DNA from: Laetmonice hystrix
Taxonomy: Eukaryota
Length of the DNA stretch: 64,000 bases
Reading direction: 5' to 3'
Assembly: GCA_965235115.1 (NCBI GenBank)
Contig: OZ249445.1
Location: 8,494,001-8,558,000 of the forward strand
The position numbers and the translations under genes are program-made. Below the pieces are notes generated by a model, which saw nothing but the letters and a program-made list of their open reading frames with translations, had not been told where the DNA came from and ran no database searches. Below are positions 1 to 11,188 of this stretch, piece after piece; positions within the stretch are counted from its first letter, which is position 1, and each line of letters starts with the position of its first letter.

Positions 1-1020
1 TTGCTACAACACCAGTGGAACATTAGTTGCCACAAAACGTCAGCCCACACAAATGTCTGAAAGGGGCGGCTCTGCCGGAGAAGGGGTTTCTGCCCCGGTT
101 ATTTTTTAAAACTTTGTAGTCGTGGGACTGCAGAAGTAAAAATGGGGGAGAAAAAACATTTATTTTACTGTATATAGGCCACTTTAGTGGGCAGTGGGAC
201 CAAGATGCTGACCCGTGACCTCAGGGCCTGCAGGGATCGATTCCCCCTCGAGCCAGATGTGAGTATAGGCTTGCTATTTAAACCCCTAATCACAATCCAA
301 GATGTTACTGGTATTTCCAGCAAAACGGGCTGTTTTCCTTTTCGTTCGCCCCCTTTTTCTGTGACTCCAATTTCATTCGATACTTCTGGATAGTTCCATG
401 TACATGTAGTGAAGACAATGGAACTGCTCGGTCATTTGCCCTTAATTTACAGCTATTTTATCGGACTACGTGCACGACCGGCTGCTGAGCGTGACAAAGT
501 GGCGTACTGATATTGGACTCGTGAACATCCAATGCACTCAATACCCGAGTGTCGTTCCTCAGATTGGGTCCGCCATGGAAATTGACAATTGGTTTGGAAT
601 AAACACATGATCGCGTGCAGGCCCCACGGAGGCGAGTCTCGGACACAACACCGGCACGGTAAAGATTGGGTTGCCTAAAATCTACGGTAATTATTATAAA
701 CTGACTACTGTTGAAATGGGTTCCTCCACCCGTAATCACCTAACATTCCTGGAGTTGGTCTTCGGAGGTTTTGTTGCAACAAGTAATCAGTGCAGACCAG
801 AGGTTCAAATGTACCGACCAATAAATATATATGGAATACATGTTGCGGAGTTGAATCACTCATGCAGGCGACTTCAGAATTAAGACTGATCACTGCTGCA
901 TCTAAACATCGGTAGGCCTAATTATAACAATGCCGCATCCATCTTGCTCAGTAATTCTATAATGCGACAGAACCGCTTGTGATGCTGTCACACATTCATA
1001 AACATATGGCAAACCCATAA

Positions 1021-1136
1021 CTTACTTGGACCATGCACTTTCTCCAACATTACCCACTTGGACCCAATTTCTCCAACATTATCCACTTGGACCTACTTTC
1101 CCAAACGTTACCCACTTGGACCTACTATCTCCAACA
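1021..1136. repeat. Degenerate 29-bp minisatellite, about 4 copies
   Basis: Unit approx. ACATTACCCACTTGGACCYAMTTTCTCCA repeated with a few substitutions. Confidence 0.85.
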
Positions 1137-3455
1137 ACATGCATGGTAGAAAGACGATGAATAATTGGTGATGATAGGCCCCCTATCTGTAACAGACAGG
1201 GAGGCTTCAGAAAGCCTTTGTTATAGCAGATAGAACAGTTTCTTGGCATGCTACATGTACCAGGTAATAATACCAGGTCGGGATTCCATGGGAGTTATAC
1301 GGTACAAAAGTTTCATCAATAGATCAGTCGTTCAGAAATTATTACCGATTACAAAAATGGATTTTCACAAAACATGTGGTTCAAATACTTTCGTTGAAAC
1401 CAGTACAGATGAGGAGTTCGATTGGAGATACTCCATTCAGTGTGGCAAGAAAGCATAGCTCAATGTCTGTGACATATGACGGTAGGCTTCTATTCAGTGT
1501 TAATGGTCTAGAACATTTCCAATTTTAGGGACTCAATAAATTGAGTGACACTAAATGCTTGAGATGTGCTGGTAAATGCCTGGTCTACATCTGTATATGG
1601 GTACATTCTTGTTAGAATCTACTGTTTAAAATTCGTCGACAACAGCACTAATCGTTTATCAGCGTTACAGTTCTGTCAATGACATGGTAAAATTCCGTGA
1701 ACCAATTTCTGTGCAGGTGATACATAAACATACAAGAACCCTGCGGATAATCTGCCTTGATCGATACGATAATACAAGGGACCAACGACTGGCGATTGGC
1801 ATTATTACATGGAGTACTCGCAGTTTGTCACACCACCTTATATTAGCCAATAACACAGGTTGAGGGTATTGATTTCAAACCATGTTCGGGACTGAAACAA
1901 CAGCTGTTCATCTCCGCGTAGATCCCCGCGCACCCTCCATACTGCACGCATTCACTTTAACGTTCACTCTGGGTCCTGTTGGTGACACTTGACATCATAG
2001 TGTTGGCTCAGGTTTACCTTTTTTGGAAGTAAGGAAATCATTTCCAAATGTGCAATTTGTGTCCTATAGCCAGTGCAACTAACAGCCTCGTTACCAGATA
2101 CTGAGGCGCCGATGGGATCATCCGTAGTTAAATTAACATTCCCGGGGCATGCAGGTGGCGACCTTAGTGTCGCCTTCTACATAAAAATGAGACAATGGAA
2201 GGGTTTCTAATTCCCCGTGTCCATAAATCATACAGACTGGCTCAACCCTGGCCAGTACGCGACCTCTAATAACACGGCCAACGGAATATATTCTAGCAGT
2301 TTGTACCTAAGATAAAAAGCTACCCCCAAAATGCCTTTCTGTTTTGGGTTTTGAAAAGCTGAAAGAATAAAAACTTCATGGGGATCATTTAGGCGTTTCA
2401 TCGACACTACATGAATACAGATTAGTTGTTCTTTCCGGGGCTACGGAAACTGTAGGATCTATGGGTCATGGCCCTCTGACAGCAACCTGAATGACATTCA
2501 GGGATAATCAAAACGAAAATCTCCCACATGGACTGCTGGGTGGAGGGAAAGGTTGATGTTGCTGCGATACAAAGGTAGTAGCTATCGGAGCCCAACCATT
2601 ATTATAGTCGATTCATGATTTATTCAGTGAATATAAAATTAGTAGGATGGACATGGAAAAGCATGATCTGACACAGGCACAAGGCCGTCCATGTGAACGG
2701 ATAACCGCCCGATTTCAACCTGTTTAGTATTTGCTGATTCTGCATAACAGTCTCAATGAACTGGATCATCAGAATGTGCCAATGACCAATGTGCCATGCA
2801 GACACGGACTTTGATTTTAGTCGTTCTCATGTTTTTCATTATTCAAGAGAAGTCTTATTGCCACAAAGTAAAAATGAACTCGAGTATATTTCCTGCTCAC
2901 CGTAATACTGTTATTAAAACCGCAGTCAGACTGTATGCATTGAACGCTAGGTGATTAGGATTTGACAACGTTATTAATGGGGACATGGTCCATGCAAATA
3001 CGCATCGGATATTGCTCTCTTGACGTCCAGGTCCTTGAGAGTGTATCATCAACGACCTACGTCACGTGACAAGACCCATTGCCCTCATCATGAAGGACCC
3101 CGGATGACTGATCCTGCACTCTGATTCTCCACCCTGTCCCCAGACTCGGACTACTCGTGGCGTAATCTGACCCGCGGGAAGGATGGCTCCTTCTCGTACC
3201 TCACTCGTGCCTCATCCCATATTCTCATCCCATATAATGTTACACCGTACTACACTCCTGTGAACTGCCATGATCATTAACCAGAAATATGATCGGCCAG
3301 GGATTCCGAGGTTCAAATAGGTACCCCATAACTGAACATGTTTGTGCATGGGCCTATGTACCTAAATATACATTGTAGCTAAAATACTGCCTACAAGCCA
3401 ATTCACGCCCATAAATATCATGTATAGGCCAAATATTATTAGAGTCTTGTCTTAC

Positions 3456-4042
3456 TTGTTTTTGTCGCTGAGCTCGGAGCTGCTGGCGGACCATGACATA
3501 ACGGGTATCTCGTAGAGACTGAGTAGTGAGGCCACGGGAAGTGCCAGTCTGGAGGCGTACGGCCCCATGACTCCCGCCACGTCATAGTACGGCGGAATGG
3601 TGCGCCCTGAAGCTGTACCAACTGTTCCCGTCCCGTCGCACATGTCCCGGACACACGCCTTGACTGGGATGAACTTGGCCGCCCGGGCCAGGGCCACACT
3701 CTCCCTGTCACAGTCGTTGAGGATGGCGAACCCCAGGCTGATATTTTTGAGAATGCCCTCGTCAGAGTTTATCTTCTTGATCTGGTAGGATATGGCAGAC
3801 GCGACCTGAACGCCGACTGGAGCAAGGCTCTTGCTGCAGAGCGTTCCCTCCTCAGCGTTGTAAAGTCGGACGAGAGCCCCAAGGTTGATGTCCCCTGGCT
3901 GGTAGTAGTCATCGTCCGGGAGGTCATCATTGGGATACTCAAACACTGTCAGTACGGGACGAGGGGTCTCCAGCAGAACTATCACACAGCCCAGGAGGAG
4001 GTAGAGTGTGAGCCGAAGTACCCGGGGCCTGTACCGGCTCAT
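3456..4042 (-). CDS. First coding exon of a class C GPCR (metabotropic glutamate receptor-like): signal peptide plus start of the Venus flytrap (ANF receptor) domain
   Basis: Hydrophobic N-terminus, then GDINLGAL, IKKINSDEGILKNISLGFAILNDCD, VAGVMGPYAS, LLSLYEIPVMSWSASSSELSDK, all matching the mGluR/CaSR flytrap pattern. The ORF stop at 3452-3454 lies inside a canonical donor AA|GTAAG (GT at 3455-3454). I could not recognise a downstream exon in 1-3453, so the gene runs off the window. Confidence 0.88.
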
Positions 4043-4252
4043 CCTGATTCACGGTCCTTACACGGGTCTGGTAATGATCGTTACGCCCTGTCCTTCAATC
4101 ACTGAAGTTTGCTCCTGTTTCCGCAGCCGATGCAGGATAACATTGCAACGCCATGAATCCCATCCCTAACCACCGACCAAATTGCGCGCTGCCCTCGCTT
4201 GATGAAAACCCTCCATAATATGGTGCATAATTATAGTCATATATGTGGGCGG

Positions 4253-4295
4253 CTGGTGTAGGCCTGGTGTAGGCCTGGTGTAGGCCTGGTGTAGA
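4253..4295. repeat. 11-bp tandem repeat, about 4 copies
   Basis: (CTGGTGTAGGC)n read directly, upstream of the GPCR start codon. Confidence 0.9.
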
Positions 4296-6188
4296 CCGAG
4301 TAACGTTATGTAATGGATGTAGAACTGATCCGTGTGGCTCACGCTACCAGCAGTCGCCGACCGAACTGTCGGGTTAGGCTCACATTATATTTATGAGACG
4401 AAGGCCGCTTGATGGAAACCTTTAGGGGTGCCATTGTTGTCTTGTATTAGTAAAATTCTGAGGCTGACAATGAACAACCTAGGCTGTTCAGCTGCCATTT
4501 GCACCTGTATGTAATTTGCTCATCTGGCCAGATCCCGACCATCAGTTTCCATTGGGGCTGGCTTGTTGATCTACTTTGTCCGACTGTTGACCTGGTGTAC
4601 CCAATGCAATATACCGTTATGATTATCCATCAATTGTGTTTTCTGTGAATCAGTGTCCGGTGTGATGGTTCCATGGGGCGGCGATATAACGGCTCACCGC
4701 CAACATGACTGGCGGACCCCGTTCGTTACACGTCACTCCCGGGGGTGGCTGGGTTGCCCGGCGGGGTTCACCAAATGATCAATGTCAGTCTCAGTCAGTC
4801 AACCACGTGTAGATCCCATCCAGCGCGCCTCGCCCTACAACCACAAACATTATCTATGTACACGGTAAACTTCCAACAGTCTATCATGTGTCCGACTCGA
4901 TCCGTCAATTGTTAGCCAACTGTGTGCTTTTGTTAACAACACCACTATACCACAACAAGCAGGCCCGACTCGGACAGACAATAGCAGCCATAACACCCGT
5001 GTGCTGCTGATCTATACGTATTGCCTAAACCAGTCAATTCAAGGCCGCCACATTAATCTCGTTAATCCTAGAGTCACTGTAGATAGTATGGGATTACATG
5101 CAATTATTCGAGTAGGCAAAGTTCATTGGAACAGATCTAATGTTAATTCTTTTTCCATCTTTATATCACATTGATATGCTTTTTGTCATCATAGTCTTAG
5201 ATGCACAAAATCCAATTCTCCCAAATATATATGAAATAATCCCTTTATAATGTTCCATGAATGAATTATAGGTGTTGTTTTGTGTTCGTATATTGGTCAT
5301 GCCACGCTATAGACCCGGAAATGAACTTATTCTTACTGTTTTAAGGACATACATATGTAGGCACAATGTGAATCACAATATCATCGTCATTCTCCACACC
5401 ATTATCATCACCACAAGGATGCTTTGTATAGGCCGGGACCATCCTATCAAATCAAGCTGTTCAGCAGTCCTCCCCTTCCGCGTTCACACGAAGACTGTGA
5501 CAGAAGCAAGCAAGGTGTGCACCCGGGCTGACCCCCCCCCCCCCCCCCCCCCAAGCTAGCCCTGTCCTGTCCTGAGGTCCCGTCTGGCGGTCCGGCCCCA
5601 GCCTGTATATAGCCAAGTCCGGGACACTGGCAGATATACGGCCAACCTGATTGAAGGGTGACCAACCTATAGAAGGATGGACCACAACGGTATCAGTATC
5701 AGTTGACATGTTATTTTAACTTAAAGTGGAGCTTACTCTACATGTGGTATATATACTACAGCCGCTGTCTCAACAGGTGCTGTATACATGGGCAGTCGTC
5801 CATGGACACAGACACAAATACAGCTGGAAACAAAAAATCGCTTACGGCTTTAGGCCATACACATGTAAAAAAAATATATATATAAGTAAACAATTTTAAG
5901 GGAAAAGGGGGGAAGGGAAGATAAACGAATCTATTTCCAACACGGCATCAACGTCGCTAAAACTTCCTCGTCCTCGTCCGCTCAGGACTGATGTTAAACC
6001 GCTTTGTGAAATACGTTTTTTTTTGGGGGGGGGGGGATATTCAGTGCAGATCCAGGCTACAGATAGCGAATACAATAGGTATATAAAGAATCCTTGCACC
6101 CCTTTATAAGTATTTGTGTCACTTGCCCCCTGCCGACATTCCCTTTAACGGTCGAGTGCGCCTCGTGTGATTAATCGCATGCAGCACG

Positions 6189-6919
6189 GCAGATCTAACG
6201 GTGTAGAGTGTACCTGCTGAGGACAACTGTAAGGTCTACTTATCGAATCCGACACAGCAGATCTCTCGGTGTGCAGTGTACGAGTCTGCTGAGGACAACT
6301 GCAAGGTCTACTTATCGAACCCGACACAACAGATCTAACGGTGTGCAGTGTACACAACAGATCTAACGGTGTGCAGTGTACACAACAGATCTAACGGTGT
6401 GCAATGTACGAGTCTGCTGAGGACAACTGCAAGGTCTACTTATCGAATCCGACACAGCAGATCTCACGGTGTGCAGTGTATACAACAGATCTAATGGTGT
6501 GCAGTGTACGAGCCTGCTGAGGACAACTGCAAGGTCTACTTATCGAATCCGACACAGCAGATCTATAACGGTGTGCAGTGTACGAGCCTGCTGAGGACAA
6601 CTGCAAGGTCTACTTATCGAATCCGACACAGCAGATCTAACGGTGTGCAGTGTACGAGCCTGCTGAGGACAACTTTATAAGGTCTACTTATCGAATCCGA
6701 CACAGCAGATCTCACGGTGTGCAGTGTACGAGCCTGCTGAGGACAACTGCAAGGTCTACTTATCGAATCCGACACAGCAGATCTAACGGTGTGCAGTGTA
6801 CGAGCCTGCTGAGGACAACTGCAAGGTCTACTTATCGAATCCGACACAGCAGATCTAACGGTGTGCAGTGTACGAGCCTGCTGAGGACAACTGCAAGGTC
6901 TACTTATCGAATCCGACAC
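6189..6919. repeat. Compound minisatellite: nine ~72-bp units with three 28-bp truncated units
   Basis: Unit GCAGATCTAACGGTGTGCAGTGTACGAGCCTGCTGAGGACAACTGCAAGGTCTACTTATCGAATCCGACACA. Short units (ACAGATCTAACGGTGTGCAGTGTACACA) match its first part. Confidence 0.95.
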
Positions 6920-9900
6920 CTCGCTCTCCTCAATCACTTAGTTTGTCGGTCAGTCGCCCACCTTCTCTCGCCCTCTCATAGATCTCTATCCCAGCTAATG
7001 TTAGTGAACCCGAGTTTCATTACCTGACCTATGGGGTTCAGTTAGGCGCACCCTCGCTAATCCTGGGGTGGTTTATCTCCAGTGAATAGGATAAAACAAA
7101 AGAGATAGAAATAAAGTTTAGATCAAAGATATCCATACAAACGGATTAGCATATCGTAGCCTATAACTTGGTTGATACTGGCTGAGCAACTAGGGGATAT
7201 CTAGGCATGTTTTTTTCTACTCTTACAACATACCCAGAGGCTGTCAGTACAGTGTTAAATTAATGAGTATTACTGCATAATTAATAGTTAATTAATCTAT
7301 ATTATATCTAAACTTCTCACGGCGATGCTTGGCCGAATTACACCGTATTAGCCGGGTTTTTGTCCAAGGTTACTAATAGATTGCTTCGCAAAGATTCTTT
7401 TCTTTACATCGCGATATCTTTCCTCACCCCTCACCCTTCCCGCAGAGAACAAATGTCACATCTGGACCTGGCCTTCCCCCGAGCCACCTGTGCATACAGT
7501 ACCCACGTTTCCGGACCCAGTAGTCACCTTGCCGTGCCTCGCGGCCGCCGGACAGCACGCCCGGTAGACACACACCCACACCCATACCAACACGGGGGAC
7601 TCGCGGCATCATCGGGTGAAACAGGCACCGATCCAGAAGCAGGGGTTCTAAATGGGGAGAGGGATACCTCCAATTGCCATGGTCCCTAGATTTTTTTTTT
7701 TTTGGGGGGGGGGGCATTAAATTGGGAATAGAGCTATTGGATTTAGTCTTGCCGCCCCAAACTCTATCCTCCTCGCGCGGCGCCCATGTATTTCTTTTAG
7801 ATCATATAGATCTTCCTCTATGCCACGCCACAAATACCATTCTCTATAGAGCTGTGAAGATCATTTTAATTAGTGCTAGAAAGATTTAATTCTGGCAGGT
7901 CAGCAAACACCCCTCCCCCATTCCACTGAAACCGTCATCATCAACATCATCGCCATCGCCACCAAACATCATCATCATCATCACATACACATGTACATGT
8001 ACGGCTGACACCATGGGGCGGATCTAGGGAAATAAAGTCATGTAGGGGAGCCGTAAACAACAACCACAACAATAAACTTAACACTTAACGTATATTTTTG
8101 TGTTACCCCCGCTCTGATTAGCTCGTAATCAGGACGGAAAATCCAAACGAAAACTACAGGGCTGTGCTTAAATAGAATTATTTCTTAAGAACGAGTGAAA
8201 TGAAATAGTTCATTGTAAGTGGGTGTACGACCTATATACAAAACGGGAGCAGATACTGCAGGACCTGCCAACCTATAGAGCTCTATGTGCCTACTCACAT
8301 TGTCTGTTGATGTGATCGCCGTAGTCGGGGTGTAGTTTATAGGCGCCTCACTCCAGCCGTCAACTGAGGTCAACTGTAGTTCTAGCTCCAAGCATGTGCA
8401 GACTGCAGTGTTCTTTTCCGGCAAACTCCCTCGATCTGTACACAACATGTGCGTATGTCATGCGTTCTGTTATAGTTGACCCATCCTTGACACTGAGATA
8501 TATTGGTCGGTCGGCGTACGGTACTTGTTTCGTCTCGGTTTGTAAGTCGAGACCACAGACCAGATAGGAAGTAACCAAGTGCCAGGTTGCAGGCACGCGG
8601 TTCTTGCTGCCGCTTGGTGGCGCACAGCTCACCAGGAGGCGCTGCATGTAGAGGATGGTCGGTTGATTTTTGCTCGAACGCCAAGGCAACATCCTCGGTG
8701 GTCTTCATAACGAAATCACACGTCTGTAAGGCGCGGCTGAGCAGGCAGACGGGGCGGACGGGTTTAGTTTCAGTATGAAGAGGCTCAGACCAACACTTTT
8801 TCACACTCACACTCTTTTCCACACTCAGAGGCAGTTTTTCTGACAGAACTATAACCCACGTATACGTCTACTTTCCCCCTGTTTCCACCACTGATCGAAT
8901 CTCAGAGTTCTTATCTACTTGATAAAATGTATAACCAACCGATATGACCAGCCTCAGTCATCACTAGACTGGATGGAGTCTGGAGGGAGTAAGATATGGA
9001 GATACTGATAGTAGCAGTGACAATGAACGTATAAACATTAGGCATACAATAAAAAAAAAGTAGCCTTAAAAAATCCAAAATCCACTCAATACATGTACAC
9101 TAATTATGCCTATGACGTGCCTCGCCACAAGAATTGATCGGAGCCAGTGGATGCTTTACCTTTTTCAATCCTTTCAGACCTAGAAAGATAAAGACCATAA
9201 AGATCCAAATGCCTAGACTTCTATATACGCAGGCCCCTATAGTCTGAATGAGAAGAGTATACTTTGGGTGGCCAGGGAAGTATATTTTTATCAAGGGGTG
9301 GGGGTGTGTGTACCTATACAGTATGGCCAAACAAATAAACTAAGATGTGGGTACAATGCTGAAGGAAGGCTTCATACAGCTGACTAGTATGGCTTTCCAA
9401 TAATTGGAGGTTGTCAGGGATTATGAGATTGGGAATTTTCCCCTCGAGGGAGGGAAGAAGGGAGGGACTACCCACTTAGTGAAATCAGCTCCTGTAAACA
9501 GTCGTTTACGACGTCGGAACTCGGGATTTTGGTGTTGTGTATTTTTCACATTTCTAAAGTAGACACTATTGTATTCCTCTACAAAGTTAACCTAAATACA
9601 GTAATGGTGGTTTATTTGTATCACATAGGCTATAGTATAAATAGATAACTCCAGTGACGCAACAATGATGCAGGCCTCAGGCCGTGAAGATACGGATGAA
9701 AAAGGTTAGTGTTCGTTACATCAAAAGAACAATAAAGTGAAATGTTCCGGGGTGAAACCCACATGAATAGATTGGGAAATTGGTGCGCATTGATAAGAGT
9801 GTGTGCGTGCCGGGTCCATGTCGATTTCAATTGCTATTGACCGCCGTATACCATGGCGACTGCCTGTAACCACAGATACGTCATTTCCCGCGAGGACGAT

Positions 9901-10689
9901 ATCTCAAGGGACGTGATCGAGAACCTCCTCCCTCCCCCTGGCGTCAGGCGGCGACAACACTCTGGGCCGTCCTTTATTTACTCTGTCAATATACCGCCTT
10001 TAACCTTTGGTGTTTCTAACTTGGAGGTGATTATTGGTACGGTATTACGTACTCAATATTTACACATGTAGGCCTGAGTCTTTATACTTTTGTAGGAGAT
10101 TACTGAAACATCGCAAGACTCCAATCTCGGCTTGTTCCCCATGTAACAAATGCGCATCTCCCTTGCGAGCAATCGATAGAGGCCTGGATTGCCACTGAGA
10201 CCTTCATAAGACAGTGTCCATATATCATTAGTTGCGTATCTGGTATATTGGACATATTATGTATATATTCCATGTTTCCGACACCCTGAACGAAATTCCG
10301 ACAGATTATGCTTTACACATATCACATCACAACATCCAGAACCTATATCATGAACGTTGTAGTTTTATTGGAATTCATGATTCATGCATACAGTGCCAAT
10401 CATATACAATAGCTGCTAGATTGATAGTTACTCAAACTGCCAGCTATCAATCTCTCAAGTAACAATCACCATAAAGCCGTGTCCTGATTTGTATTGAATT
10501 TCCAGAATGGCATGCAGGATAATCACAGCTGATTTATGTGAGCCCTTCTGAAGATCCTTATGGAGGACCTAGAGATCCTTACGGAGGACCTCGTTACAGG
10601 GGGACAACGAACACGAAAGGGGGGGGGGGGGCTAGTCTTCGTAGATGACATAGTGTTCCTTTGTGTCACCTTTCCAGGTCACAATGCTT

Positions 10690-10970
10690 ACTAGTAGCTT
10701 TATTACTGTGTTTGCACCGTTTTCAAAATACACCCTAAAATGTTTGAATAACCTTGATATCACCTTTCCAGGTCACTCAAGATCAACAGAAATGGTGGAA
10801 ATAAAAGTTATTGTGACTTCCTATCCATGATTAATGATCAAAAATTATCCTGAGAGGATAGGTGATCTTTGGTCAGAGTTTCATGAAGATTGACGGACGG
10901 ACGCCCGTACGGACGGACGACGTACGGACGGGCGGAGGGTATAAGTTAGCCTCCGTTGGGGGCTTAAAAA
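10690..10970 (+). mobile_element. Probable 3' end of a non-autonomous Helentron-associated (HINE/DINE-1-like) interspersed repeat
   Basis: GGAC-type microsatellite (GACGGACGGACG...) followed by a short stem-loop AGCCTCC-GTT-GGGGGCT and an A-run, the general layout of these elements. The left boundary is approximate. Confidence 0.45.
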
Positions 10971-11188
10971 NNNNNNNNNNNNNNNNNNNNNNNNNNNNNN
11001 NNNNNNNNNNNNNNNNNNNNNNNNNNNNNNNNNNNNNNNNNNNNNNNNNNNNNNNNNNNNNNNNNNNNNNNNNNNNNNNNNNNNNNNNNNNNNNNNNNNN
11101 NNNNNNNNNNNNNNNNNNNNNNNNNNNNNNNNNNNNNNNNNNNNNNNNNNNNNNNNNNNNNNNNNNNNNNNNNNNNNNNNNNNNNNNN
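10971..11188. other. Assembly gap (218 N)
   Basis: Run of N. Confidence 1.

Noticed and set aside
6189-6919. CRISPR array or repeat-protein gene (ORFs 6145-6357, 6614-6937, 6650-7027)
   Set aside because: The intervening segments are themselves repeated rather than unique spacers, no cas genes are present and the context is eukaryotic. The ORFs arise because the 72-bp unit is a multiple of three.
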